DNA of 64,000 bases from Pirellulales bacterium (GTDB taxonomy: Bacteria > Planctomycetota > Planctomycetia > Pirellulales > JAEUIK01). The notes beneath the pieces are model-generated. The model had not been told where the DNA came from, ran no database searches, and was given only the letters and a program-made list of their open reading frames with translations. The stretch is taken from the NCBI GenBank assembly GCA_965227275.1, contig CBDDFU010000001.1, positions 3,076,979-3,140,978 of the forward strand, given 5' to 3'. Position 1 is the stretch's first letter; each line of letters starts with the position of its first letter. This document shows, piece after piece, positions 8,537-17,912 of this stretch. A program made the translations under genes and the position numbers.

Positions 8537-9652
8537 ATGCAGTTGGACAACATCACCACCGGGGTCATCTACCGAAACCGCAAACCGCATGTGAATAGTG
8601 TTCAGGCATACTTTCCCTCGGTGGCTGTGCTACCCAATGGAGAGCTGCTGGCCGTGTACAGCTTGGGAGAAGCCTTCGAAGCGGTGAATCTCCACGTGCA
8701 CGTTGCCCGCTCTCGCGATGGGGGACTCACATGGAACGACGAAGGGCGGCTTTGCCCCGCGACCAGCGATCGACTCTCTTCAGACTTCGCGCGGTTGGCA
8801 ATCACGCCCACAGGCGAACTGGTCGCAAATATCTTGCGGAGCGATCGAACGGAACATCCCAACGAAGGACTTTCGAATCCGGCCAACATGGGATTCGTGC
8901 CCACGGAGTTGCTCGTTACACGATCGACGGACCACGGTCAGTCCTGGAGTGAGCTTTCCGTCGTCGTCCCGCCGCTGTCCGGGTGTGAATTCGAGATGTG
9001 TTCGCCGCTGGTGATGTTGGAGGACGGCCGCTGGTTGTGGCCCACATCGTTGTGGCGAGATTGGCAGGGCAACCTGGCTCACGACTATCAGATGGTAGCC
9101 CTGGTTTCGCACGACCAAGGAAACACCTGGTCCGAGCATCAAACGGTGATGCATAGCCCCCGCGGGGAAGTGTTGTACTGGGAGTCAAAGATTCTTGAGC
9201 TGGCAGACCGGCGATTGCTGGCCGTGGCGTGGGCGTACGATGAACAAACCCGACGCGACCTTCCCAATCAATACGCAATGAGTACCGATGGCGGCGATAG
9301 GTGGAGTTCGCCTCGTTCGACGGAACTTTCCGGGCAGACACTGACTCCGTTGCTGCTGGACGACGGCAGGATTTTGAATGTTTACCGCCGCATCGACCAG
9401 CCAGGGTTATGGGCCTGCGTTTCCCGACTCGAAGGTGACCAATGGGTGAATGAGGGTCAGCAGCCGCTGTGGGGTCAACGAGGAGGGCAGGGCACGACGA
9501 GCACAGGGGAGAATATGGTCGAGAACTTCAATACGCTGAAGTTCGGGGCACCCAGCCTCACAAGGTTGCCCGACGGTCGTGTATTCTGCGCCTTTTGGTG
9601 CTACGAAGAGATGATCAGCATCATCCGTTGGTATTCGTTTGCGGTCAGTTAG
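8537..9652 (+). CDS. BNR/Asp-box repeat glycosyl hydrolase (sialidase-like beta-propeller)
   Basis: Four SxDxGxTW Asp-box motifs are present (SRDGGLTW, STDHGQSW, SHDQGNTW, STDGGDRW). The protein is 371 aa. Confidence 0.75.
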   Translation: MQLDNITTGVIYRNRKPHVNSVQAYFPSVAVLPNGELLAVYSLGEAFEAVNLHVHVARSRDGGLTWNDEGRLCPATSDRLSSDFARLAITPTGELVANILRSDRTEHPNEGLSNPANMGFVPTELLVTRSTDHGQSWSELSVVVPPLSGCEFEMCSPLVMLEDGRWLWPTSLWRDWQGNLAHDYQMVALVSHDQGNTWSEHQTVMHSPRGEVLYWESKILELADRRLLAVAWAYDEQTRRDLPNQYAMSTDGGDRWSSPRSTELSGQTLTPLLLDDGRILNVYRRIDQPGLWACVSRLEGDQWVNEGQQPLWGQRGGQGTTSTGENMVENFNTLKFGAPSLTRLPDGRVFCAFWCYEEMISIIRWYSFAVS

Positions 9653-11771
9653 CCGCGGTTTCGGGAGGCTGCCGCACCGCGATTTGTTTTTCCGGCCAAT
9701 TCAACTTTTTAGCAACTTCCAGCGGGTAGCTCCAATGGTCGGAGTCTTTGTCATACAGCCGAACCTGGGTGTTCTCGGCTGCCATGGCCACGGCCTGGGG
9801 CGTATCGAAGAATCGCATCACGTTCAGCAGCGTGGGACCGTCGCGATGCGAAGCCGGCAGTTTCCATAAATCGAGCCGCGCGACGTCCGGTTCGAACAGC
9901 GATGCGTACAGGGCGACGCCCGCCATCTGTTCGTGGGCCTGGATCCATAGCGGCACGGTGTTCAGTTCATCGATCGAGCGCAATGCCTGCGCGGCCCGCC
10001 GCACGTCCCAGACCTGCATCCCGTCGCGAGCTTGACCCAGCAACATGAAGCGGCGGCGAATCTGCGTCTGCCCTTTGGTCGATTTATCCCACGCGGTGGG
10101 CCCCACACCACGAGGAGCAACGTACGCCATGGCCCACGGTTGTGATTGCAGCATGTTTCGCAGTTGAGCGAAGGACACATCGTCAGGCGGACCCAGGGCT
10201 TCGCCTTCCAACGCATCGGCAAACCCTACCTGCATCGTGTCGGCCCATTCTCGCCACCGCGCGTCGTCCAGAACATTCAGCACGACCAATTCGGGGTTCT
10301 TCAGTTCTGCCGAGTGCAGCAGATACAGCTTCAAGCGAACGGGGCCCTGCGACGTGAAATCGAAACAGCGCAGCAGCAGTCCCTCTCGTTCGATCGAACA
10401 AACTGATTCGAGGGACAACGGTTCTGCATCATCTGCCGGCCAGGCGGCGAAGGACTTCTCACGAAGCACTTCCATCCACCTGTTGCGTTGTTGTTCCCAT
10501 GCGGAGTCATCCCCAACCACCTCAGGCGGTGTGGCTCGTGTGACGAATGTTTCTTGAATGTCAGCATTCACGCTGTCTTCGGGCAGTTCTGCAAAGACCT
10601 TCAAGTCCTCCGGTTCAAATACCTTTTCGGCCGGCCGTGCGTTCGGGGCTTCTTTGCCTTTCAGGTACCGATTGAACCAGACAAACGCGTTGGCCCTCAG
10701 TTCTTGCGTATCCTGGTGCGGGCCAGCCGTGATGTTGAGGCCCAACTGGTCGGCCGCCCCGTAGAGCCGGTAGATGTGCCGAACCTTTTCGTGCAGACGA
10801 ACCACACCTTCCAATGGAAAGATTCCATCTTTGTCCGTGTTGGCAATTAACAGCGGACGAGGAGCGACCATGGCGGCCACCTGAGCGTAATCCCAACGAT
10901 GCGTATTCACCATGAACATGCAGTCGCAATGCCCTGAGATCACGCCGTCGACCACATGGTTTTCCAAATCGGTGATGCCAGCCACGGGCACCGCGACTTT
11001 AATCCGCTGGTCGATGGCCGCGATCCACCAACTGTAGGCCCCACCACCAGAGCGCCCGGTGACGCCCATGCGTTGGGTATCCACTTCCTCGCGAGTTTCG
11101 AGATAGTCCAACGCGCGGATACAGTTCCAGGCTTCCACGCCCGCGGGGGTGTACCCGTGGGAGAGCCACCACCACATGTTCTCGCGGTAGGTGCCGTGAT
11201 GCAGTCCCTCGATTTCGCCAAGCTGCAGGGTGTCGATCGTCAGACAGACGTACCCATGCCTCGCGAACCACACACCGTGATGGTGATAGTGCACCTTGTT
11301 TCCGAAGCTGACACCGTTGTGCGTCACCCGACCGTGACCGCACACATACAGAATCGTGGGCGCCGGGCCATCATGTTCCTTGGGCAGATAGAGATTCCCT
11401 GTGACATACAAGCCGGGCCGTGACTGGAACTGAATCTTCTCGACAACGAAATCGTCCCGCTCGACGCGACCGGTGATCACCGGCTGCAGCGGTGTTTTCT
11501 CGGGCAGCGGGTCGAGCCCGAGCATTTCGTTGAGTTGGGCTTCGTACTCCGCCCGACGCGAGGTCCAGTCTTCCAGCGTCTTCACATCGGTCAGACACGA
11601 GTCGGCCAGTTTTTGCGTTTCCTGGCGAAAGTACTCGGCGATCATCGCGTCGCCGCGATCCGTATTGAGAACGACGGACTGCTTCTCTTCCGTCTCTTGG
11701 GCCAAGGTCAGCATGACGGTACTAAGAATCAGGACGCAGCTTGCTGCCCAAGAACGCCCAAGCATCTGCAT
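9645..11771 (-). CDS. secreted two-domain alpha/beta-hydrolase (acetyl-xylan-esterase / peptidase-S9-like)
   Basis: The GxSxG nucleophile elbow GVTGRSGGGAYSW sits in the N-terminal half. The start was chosen at the internal Met (MQMLGRSWAASCVLILSTVMLTLAQE, a signal peptide) rather than the ORF-track start at 11891. The convergent 3' ends of this gene and the BNR gene overlap by 8 nt. Confidence 0.7.
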   Translation of the reverse strand: MQMLGRSWAASCVLILSTVMLTLAQETEEKQSVVLNTDRGDAMIAEYFRQETQKLADSCLTDVKTLEDWTSRRAEYEAQLNEMLGLDPLPEKTPLQPVITGRVERDDFVVEKIQFQSRPGLYVTGNLYLPKEHDGPAPTILYVCGHGRVTHNGVSFGNKVHYHHHGVWFARHGYVCLTIDTLQLGEIEGLHHGTYRENMWWWLSHGYTPAGVEAWNCIRALDYLETREEVDTQRMGVTGRSGGGAYSWWIAAIDQRIKVAVPVAGITDLENHVVDGVISGHCDCMFMVNTHRWDYAQVAAMVAPRPLLIANTDKDGIFPLEGVVRLHEKVRHIYRLYGAADQLGLNITAGPHQDTQELRANAFVWFNRYLKGKEAPNARPAEKVFEPEDLKVFAELPEDSVNADIQETFVTRATPPEVVGDDSAWEQQRNRWMEVLREKSFAAWPADDAEPLSLESVCSIEREGLLLRCFDFTSQGPVRLKLYLLHSAELKNPELVVLNVLDDARWREWADTMQVGFADALEGEALGPPDDVSFAQLRNMLQSQPWAMAYVAPRGVGPTAWDKSTKGQTQIRRRFMLLGQARDGMQVWDVRRAAQALRSIDELNTVPLWIQAHEQMAGVALYASLFEPDVARLDLWKLPASHRDGPTLLNVMRFFDTPQAVAMAAENTQVRLYDKDSDHWSYPLEVAKKLNWPEKQIAVRQPPETAAN

Positions 11772-11923
11772 CGCGATGGTCCTCTCGTTGCGCGGAAGTC
11801 GATACCAAAGGGTTATCGTGAACCGAGCGACGCGAGAAAGCAAGCAGTGAGCATGTTGCGGCAGACTGTTTGGTATCTGACGCATGAACATGAGTGGATC
11901 GCGGAGAGATACTTGGACGCCAC

Positions 11924-12100
11924 GGCCGGCTTGTCCAACGGTACAGCATTCGCATCAAAACAACTCGACAGAATGTGTCGTGTGCCCCGAGGTTTTCACC
12001 CATCGGCGCACCCTGTCGAGATCACGTGGCTGCCGTGATCAATCGTCGCAATCCGCTGACGCTTACTGCTGCCCCTCACCAATGGACAAGCCAGCCGTGG
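11924..12100. repeat. degenerate relative of the same repeat family, copy C
   Basis: The left arm is GGCCGGCTTGTCCAACGG and the right arm is CACCAATGGACAAGCCAGCCGTGG. It shares an exact 13-mer TGGACAAGCCAGC and the 10-mer GGCTTGTCCA with copies A and B. The spacer is longer (about 135 bp) and has its own hairpin ATCACGTGGCTGCCGTGAT. Confidence 0.45.
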
Positions 12101-12221
12101 CATCCAGGTACCACAAGCGTGCTCATGACTCTTCATGAAAGCCCCCGGAATGCCGAAGTGCGGCACTCCGGAGGCGTAATCGCCTTGGTAAGCCCGATCG
12201 CGGGAGATCGGGTGGGTACCA

Positions 12222-12500
12222 CTAGTAGCAATATCGGTGATGATGGCGATAAGGTACGGGCGGTCCATAGAACCCCGGGTACCCGACCACTCGCCGCGGG
12301 GGATAGAACGAACCGTAGTATCTCGGAGGTGCATAAGCCCGATATCCATAGGCATACCCGGGCGAACGAGCATAGTAGCCTGGATATCCGGCGGTGACTG
12401 AAACGCCCCAGCCGGCGGCTTTCGCCGACTTGGTGGTGGCAACGGATGCTAAGCCCAACACCGCTACGACCAGGATTGCCCGACGAACTGACTTCTTCAT
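12222..12500 (-). CDS. small secreted Tyr/Gly/Pro-rich protein
   Basis: The protein is 92 aa. It has a signal peptide (MKKSVRRAILVVAVLGLASVATTKSAKA) and a mature part dominated by Y, G, P and R (GYPGYYARSPGYAYGYRAYAPPRYYGSFYPP...). A strong GGAGG Shine-Dalgarno sits 8 nt upstream of the ATG on the minus strand. Confidence 0.55.
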   Translation of the reverse strand: MKKSVRRAILVVAVLGLASVATTKSAKAAGWGVSVTAGYPGYYARSPGYAYGYRAYAPPRYYGSFYPPRRVVGYPGFYGPPVPYRHHHRYCY

Positions 12501-12843
12501 CGACTTATCCTCCCAAAGTGGAAGGCGACGCCGAGTCGATTGTTCCGACCCGCTTCGGCTGCAAGAGTGCCGCTGCTACCTCTTCTGCTTCGACACAGAC
12601 ACGCATCGCCCTGAATAACCCGAACCGACGACGTGTCGATTCATGGCAACACCAAGGATTTGCATGTTGCGTGCCGATTTCAGGAGTTTGGAAATCGAAG
12701 ATCGCGCAAGCTGTTCAACAGCAAGCAGATGAAACCGCGGCGATGCACCTTCGCCGGTTTTGATAGCAACGCGTAAATGCGCCGCTCAATGACGACAACC
12801 CGTATCGCAAACGCGACACCCAACCTTGCGACAGTGCAAATCC

Positions 12844-14322
12844 CTAGAGCAAGGGGCTGAATAGTTGTGCCGTCGATTCCAGAAGTTTCAACGACACCGA
12901 GCGATTCTCGAACTCTTCGTAGTCCAACTCACGGCTATTCTCCAAGTCCTGCTCGAACAGCGTCGCAAGCTCGCTGCACAGCGCGGCGCTGCGAACCGAG
13001 CAACTTACTTCGAAGTTCAGGCGGAAACTTCGAATGTCGATGTTAGCGCTGCCCACCACGGCCAGGTCGTCGTCGAACACCGCCGACTTGGCGTGCAGGT
13101 AGCAGGGCTGATACTCATAGATCCGCACGCCTGCCCCCAACAACTCCGGGTAATAGGAACGCGACGCCCAATGCGGAATCCGCGAGTCGCCAAACTCGGG
13201 CAACAGCACCCTTACGTCGACCCCGCGATAGACGGCGGTTCTTAAGGCCGCACGGATGCTGGGGTTGGGAATGAGATACGGCGTGGTGATCCAAACGCGA
13301 CGGCTCGCCTGCGTCAGCGCGATAAACAACGCGTCGTGAGTCAGGTTGTGTCGGGTATGAGGCCCGCTGGCCACAACGCCACACACGGCATTGTTGTCCA
13401 CTCCCCAATCCTTGTCTTTCTCTGCGGTGAAACAACCGAAGTAACGCCTGGTGGTGAGGTCTTCTTCGGTGGTGAAGAACCAGTCGTCGGCGAACACTTC
13501 CTGCAGTTGGTCGACCACGGGGCCGCGCATTTCCAGGGCCGTGTCGTGCCAGTCGTGGGTGTACTCGTCGCCGATGTTCAAACCTCCGACGATGCCACGA
13601 CAACCGTCGGCGATGACCAGCTTGCGGTGATTGCGAAAATTCCAGTAACGATTCCGCTTGAAGACGTGCGTCGGTAGAAAGACACCCACCTTGCCGCCCG
13701 CTTCGACCAGGGGACGCATCAGCCGGCCGCCAGCGCGAGGACTACCCACCGCATCGCACAGTACACGAACTTCGACACCTTGCTTGACCTTTTCGATCAA
13801 CAGGTCTCGAAAATGTCGCCCGGTGGCGTCGTCGTTCCAGATATAGAACAGGATGTGCAAATGGTTGGTTGCCGATTCAATGGCCGCTTCGATCGCCGGA
13901 TACGCCTCGTCCGCGTCGCGAAGCAAACGCACGCTGTTGTTGAACGTTGGCGGAAACACCCATTGTGCCTCGTCGGGGGGTAATCGTCGCAGGGAGAGCA
14001 GTTCCCAGCTTGCCTCGGGTAGGGACGGCAGGTCGCTGCGCAGCCGAGAAAGTTCGTGGGCGATCCGATCGGTCGACTTCCGTCGTCGTCGTCGCTTGCG
14101 GGTGAGGTGCTTGCGACCAAGAACCCACCACAAGATCAGGCCCAACAGCGGCAGCGCGAATAGTATCAGTAGCCAGGCAATCGCCGACTGAGGATGCCCC
14201 CGACGTTGGAGCAACACCGAGGGAATGCTGATGATGGCCAACAGGTACGTGCCGGTGACCAATACCGACCACCAACTGGGCTCCCATCCCAGTTGCGAGG
14301 CGATATCGAACCAGTCAGCCAT
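12844..14322 (-). CDS. cls: cardiolipin synthase (PLD superfamily)
   Basis: There are two N-terminal TM helices and two HKD motifs (HRKLVIADG and LHAKSAVFDDD). Confidence 0.85.
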   Translation of the reverse strand: MADWFDIASQLGWEPSWWSVLVTGTYLLAIISIPSVLLQRRGHPQSAIAWLLILFALPLLGLILWWVLGRKHLTRKRRRRRKSTDRIAHELSRLRSDLPSLPEASWELLSLRRLPPDEAQWVFPPTFNNSVRLLRDADEAYPAIEAAIESATNHLHILFYIWNDDATGRHFRDLLIEKVKQGVEVRVLCDAVGSPRAGGRLMRPLVEAGGKVGVFLPTHVFKRNRYWNFRNHRKLVIADGCRGIVGGLNIGDEYTHDWHDTALEMRGPVVDQLQEVFADDWFFTTEEDLTTRRYFGCFTAEKDKDWGVDNNAVCGVVASGPHTRHNLTHDALFIALTQASRRVWITTPYLIPNPSIRAALRTAVYRGVDVRVLLPEFGDSRIPHWASRSYYPELLGAGVRIYEYQPCYLHAKSAVFDDDLAVVGSANIDIRSFRLNFEVSCSVRSAALCSELATLFEQDLENSRELDYEEFENRSVSLKLLESTAQLFSPLL

Positions 14323-14346
14323 GCGTGAATTGACCTCATTCGTCGA

Positions 14347-14751
14347 CTATGTAGGACGATAAGTGGCGAAACACTTGGGCGTTTCCCACAACAGAACCTC
14401 AACCACCGGAAAGCCCTGCGAGGCCGTGTAGTCGTAGATCAGTTGCGCGATTGATTCCGCCGTGGGATTCGTGTCGATCAGATACAGGGGTTCGTTCATC
14501 TCCTGCAGTATCGGCACCACGGGGTCTTCGCGGTTGAGAATCATGCGATGGTCGAGTTGATCGTCGATCCATTGGCTGACCACGCGCTTGATGTCGCTGA
14601 AGTCGAGCACCATGCCCCGATGGTCCAGTTTGTCGGCTTCAATCGAGATCACGGCCTTGCCGTTGTGCCCGTGCAGGTAGCGACACTTTCCATCGTAGTT
14701 GAGCAGACGGTGTCCGTAGCAGAATTCGATTTCTCGAGTGACGCGATACAT
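14347..14751 (-). CDS. queD: 6-carboxy-5,6,7,8-tetrahydropterin synthase
   Basis: The CxxxHGH zinc motif is present (FCYGHRLLNYDGKCRYLHGHN). The start was set at the internal Met MYRVTREIEF (ATG at 14751..14749), not at the ORF-track start 14871. The gene lies immediately downstream of queC. Confidence 0.85.
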   Translation of the reverse strand: MYRVTREIEFCYGHRLLNYDGKCRYLHGHNGKAVISIEADKLDHRGMVLDFSDIKRVVSQWIDDQLDHRMILNREDPVVPILQEMNEPLYLIDTNPTAESIAQLIYDYTASQGFPVVEVLLWETPKCFATYRPT

Positions 14752-14765
14752 GGTGCAGATTCTAC

Positions 14766-15464
14766 CTAGTTGGTGGTTGTTGCCGTGGCCGGCTCGGTCG
14801 TAGCGTACGGGGTGTTGTCTTCCATGCCGGCCTGAAGGAATGCCGTCTGTCGTTCGCCACACTTGTTGCATTGGCCGCAGTGTATTCGGCCCTGAGGTGC
14901 GATGCAGGAGAAGGTAAGCTCCAGGGGAAGCTCGCTTCCCAATCGCATGACTTCACGTTTTTCGAGATTTTCGAAGGGGCGCACGATTTCCACTTGTCCT
15001 TGGGCCGCCGTATTCATGGCTCGCGAGAACGAACTGAAGAATTCCTCGCCGGCGTCGGGAAAGGGGTTCGACTGCAGCGGGGCCAGGGCCAACTGATGGA
15101 TACCGTGCAAGTGACACCACAGCAGAGCCTTGACGACCAGCAGTGCATTGCGACCGGGCAAGTAGACCGCCTCGTCGGGCGTCGCAGCCGCCGGGACTCC
15201 CTTGCCGCTGATGCTCCAATGACCGGTGTACAAGTCGCCCAGGGGAAGCTCCAGGACGACAAGCTCTTCCAGGCGCTCGCAGTCGACGGCTTCGAGGAAT
15301 TGCTTTAGGGATTCCAACTCGGCGGCCTCCCAGCACAACCCGGAGCGGACATAAAACGGACGAACACGCTGTCGCTGGGCCAGTAAATGACCCAACAGGA
15401 TGCAGCTATCAAGCCCCCCGCTGATGAGCAGCCCGATGGTGTTCTTCGCGTGTTGTTGAATCAT
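14766..15464 (-). CDS. queC: 7-cyano-7-deazaguanine synthase
   Basis: It has the PP-loop SGGLDS and a C-terminal Cys cluster CGQCNKC. Confidence 0.9.
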   Translation of the reverse strand: MIQQHAKNTIGLLISGGLDSCILLGHLLAQRQRVRPFYVRSGLCWEAAELESLKQFLEAVDCERLEELVVLELPLGDLYTGHWSISGKGVPAAATPDEAVYLPGRNALLVVKALLWCHLHGIHQLALAPLQSNPFPDAGEEFFSSFSRAMNTAAQGQVEIVRPFENLEKREVMRLGSELPLELTFSCIAPQGRIHCGQCNKCGERQTAFLQAGMEDNTPYATTEPATATTTN

Positions 15465-16004
15465 TCGACCGCTGTCATGGGTTCAGGGGACGACGCTTGC
15501 TTAGCTGGCCTCGTGCTGTCGCGGTTGGCACTGCTCTTGGCCCCAATACCGTCATCTCTGCTTCGCATTGTAAGGAGCCGCACTGGCCCGTCGAGAAGCA
15601 GAGAAGATGGGGCCGTGAGCCATTCGCTACGCTTGACGGCCGTGGTATCGACCGGGATGACCTTGTCAGGGGGGCCTTACGACGCTACACTCCCGCCGCT
15701 TTTCGATCTCTTCTCTTAAGAAACCATAGGCCATTCGGCACCTTTCGCAGCGGATTTGCGGATTGTAGCGCTCCTATTCGACGTCATCGTACCTGGGCCG
15801 ATGGATTTTGCCCCGGTGACATGAAAAGGGCACGCAACATCGTATTTCAGCCGTGACCGTACCGAGTTCCGATTTGTGGGGTAAGGCGGCCCGAATGCCG
15901 CAAACGACCGCATTTTGGGGCTCGAAATTTCTTGAACTGATATACCGGGCTCCTAGAATGGAAGGAGCCGCTTATTTCGTTATCCCATAAGCAGCAGGTG
16001 ACTT

Positions 16005-16385
16005 ATGCGAGCGACAGCGGTGTTGACGGTCCTCGCGACCGTGGCGTGGATGGTGCTCTCAGGAGCCGAGTTGCCAGAAGGCATTGCTTTGGCACAGGTA
16101 CCGGGTGCGACATCCGCGAAGCCAGAGAATACAGGCAGTTTGGTGACTCAGGCGGGTGTGTCCGGCGACATGATCGCCCTGTCCACTCCCACCGAACAGG
16201 GTCGTCAACTGCTGACCATAGTTGATTCGAAGCAGCGAACGGTTGCGATCTATCACATCGACGAGGCAACCGGAGAAATCACGCTTCGCAGCGTACGCCA
16301 AATCGAATGGGATTTGAAGTTATCGGAATTCAACAGCGATAGCCCCTTGCCGGGCGACATTCGCCGTTTGCTGGAACAGAGATAG
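16005..16385 (+). CDS. small secreted hypothetical protein
   Basis: The protein is 126 aa with a signal peptide MRATAVLTVLATVAWMVLSGA. An AGGTGA-like RBS lies 5 nt upstream. Confidence 0.5.
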   Translation: MRATAVLTVLATVAWMVLSGAELPEGIALAQVPGATSAKPENTGSLVTQAGVSGDMIALSTPTEQGRQLLTIVDSKQRTVAIYHIDEATGEITLRSVRQIEWDLKLSEFNSDSPLPGDIRRLLEQR

Positions 16386-16465
16386 TCGACCGACGGAGCC
16401 GCCACTGCCGCCGTCGGGCTCACGCAGGCGCTTGGCAGTGGTCGTTTACGTCTGGAGCGTCTTCA

Positions 16466-17803
16466 ATGGCGATGAAATTCTTGACCTTGGAAGAGGCGGC
16501 CCAAAAGCTGGGCATCTCTGAAGATGCGCTGAACCAATTGCGCGAACGTCACGAAGCGCACGGCTATCGCGACGGCAGCAGTTGGAAATTCAAGGTCGAA
16601 GAAATCGAACGGCTGGCCAGCGAAGGACTGCCGGAGATGACCGACTCGTCTGATTCCGGCGAGTTGATGGACTTCGACATGGATGAAGACGACGGCGACG
16701 ACATGGTGCTGCTCAGCGAAGCCGAACTCGGCGAGTCTGATCCCAGCACGTCGAGCACCATCATCGGCAAGCCTGGCAGCGTTCAAGATCCCGGTGAAAG
16801 TGACGTCCGCGTTCTGGCAGGCGAGGAGTCCGGCAGCGACGTGAAGTTGGTGCCCGATGCCGATGCCTCGGCAAGCGACAGCGGTGTGAAACTCGCTCCG
16901 GCCGTACCGGAGACACCTCCGGAAACGCCCAAAGAACCGGACGTTGGCGAGAGCGGTCTTTCGCTCGACGACGATTCCCTAGAGCTTGATCTAGATTTCG
17001 GCAGCGGCGTGCCGCTTGTCTCGGAAGACTCTCCGACCGATCAAGTGGACGATGTCAACCTCGAAGTCGAAGACGACGCGGTATCGTTATCCGACGAATA
17101 CGGCATCTCGGAAGATTCGGACGAGGACGACTCCGGCGGGGACATCAACCTTGGCGGAGAAAGCGACGACGATTTCGTTCTTCGCGGCGGCGGAAGCGAT
17201 ATTACCATGGGCGCGGGTGACAGCGGGATTTCGCTGGCCGATCCGGCCGACAGTGGATTGTCGTTAGCCGACCCGCTCGATCTGGGCAGTTCCAGTGGCG
17301 GCGAGATGCTCGACCTGGGCGAGGACGACGGATCAAGCGACTTCGAGCTTTCCAGCGATTCGGATTCGGAGGCCATCTCTGAGGTTGGCTCCGACGACGA
17401 TTTTCTGCTCACCCCCATGGATGAGGCTGGCGACGCCGATTCGGAGGAAAGCGGATCGCAAGTCATCGCATTAGACGAAAGCGACGACTTTGGTGCCTCG
17501 GCGGCAGCCATGCTCGATGAAGCCGGCGGCGACATGGTCAGTATGGTCGAAGATGGCGAAGAGTCGGTCGATTTCTCCGAATCGACCAGCACTTCATCGT
17601 ACGCCGGTGCGGCCGCCATGCAGCCCCGCGGGCCAGAGGCCAGGTTCTCGACGTGGGACGTCGTGGGGCTGGGGGCCTGTTCGATTCTGCTGGTGATGTG
17701 CGGCATGGTGATGTTCGACCTGATGCGAAACATGTGGAGCTGGCAAGGAACCTATGCAGCCAACGGGATGATCATGGATTTCGTCCTGGGCCTATTCGAA
17801 TAA
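16466..17803 (+). CDS. HTH-domain membrane-anchored protein with a roughly 300-aa polyacidic disordered region
   Basis: The N-terminus has an excisionase/MerR-type HTH (FLTLEEAAQKLGISEDALNQLRE). About 300 aa that are extremely rich in D, E, S and G follow. The C-terminus has a single TM (WDVVGLGACSILLVMCGMVMFDLM). Confidence 0.65.
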   Translation: MAMKFLTLEEAAQKLGISEDALNQLRERHEAHGYRDGSSWKFKVEEIERLASEGLPEMTDSSDSGELMDFDMDEDDGDDMVLLSEAELGESDPSTSSTIIGKPGSVQDPGESDVRVLAGEESGSDVKLVPDADASASDSGVKLAPAVPETPPETPKEPDVGESGLSLDDDSLELDLDFGSGVPLVSEDSPTDQVDDVNLEVEDDAVSLSDEYGISEDSDEDDSGGDINLGGESDDDFVLRGGGSDITMGAGDSGISLADPADSGLSLADPLDLGSSSGGEMLDLGEDDGSSDFELSSDSDSEAISEVGSDDDFLLTPMDEAGDADSEESGSQVIALDESDDFGASAAAMLDEAGGDMVSMVEDGEESVDFSESTSTSSYAGAAAMQPRGPEARFSTWDVVGLGACSILLVMCGMVMFDLMRNMWSWQGTYAANGMIMDFVLGLFE

Positions 17804-17912
17804 CGAAGCCAGTGGGTGACCAAGGCTGGTCTCGCAGGAAAACACGGTTCTTACCGCAGTCGTGATAAAACTCTGACTGCTAGAACCGAAATGATTCGGA
17901 AGGAGTCGAATC

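Noticed and set aside
15465-15600. preQ1 riboswitch upstream of queC
   Set aside because: I checked the 5' leader on the minus strand and found no recognisable preQ1-I/II consensus. The que genes here may simply be unregulated by a riboswitch.
17041-17733. 230-aa Ser-rich minus-strand ORF antisense to the polyacidic HTH protein
   Set aside because: It is the reverse complement of GAC/GAG/GAA-rich coding sequence, which gives a Ser/Leu-rich artefact.
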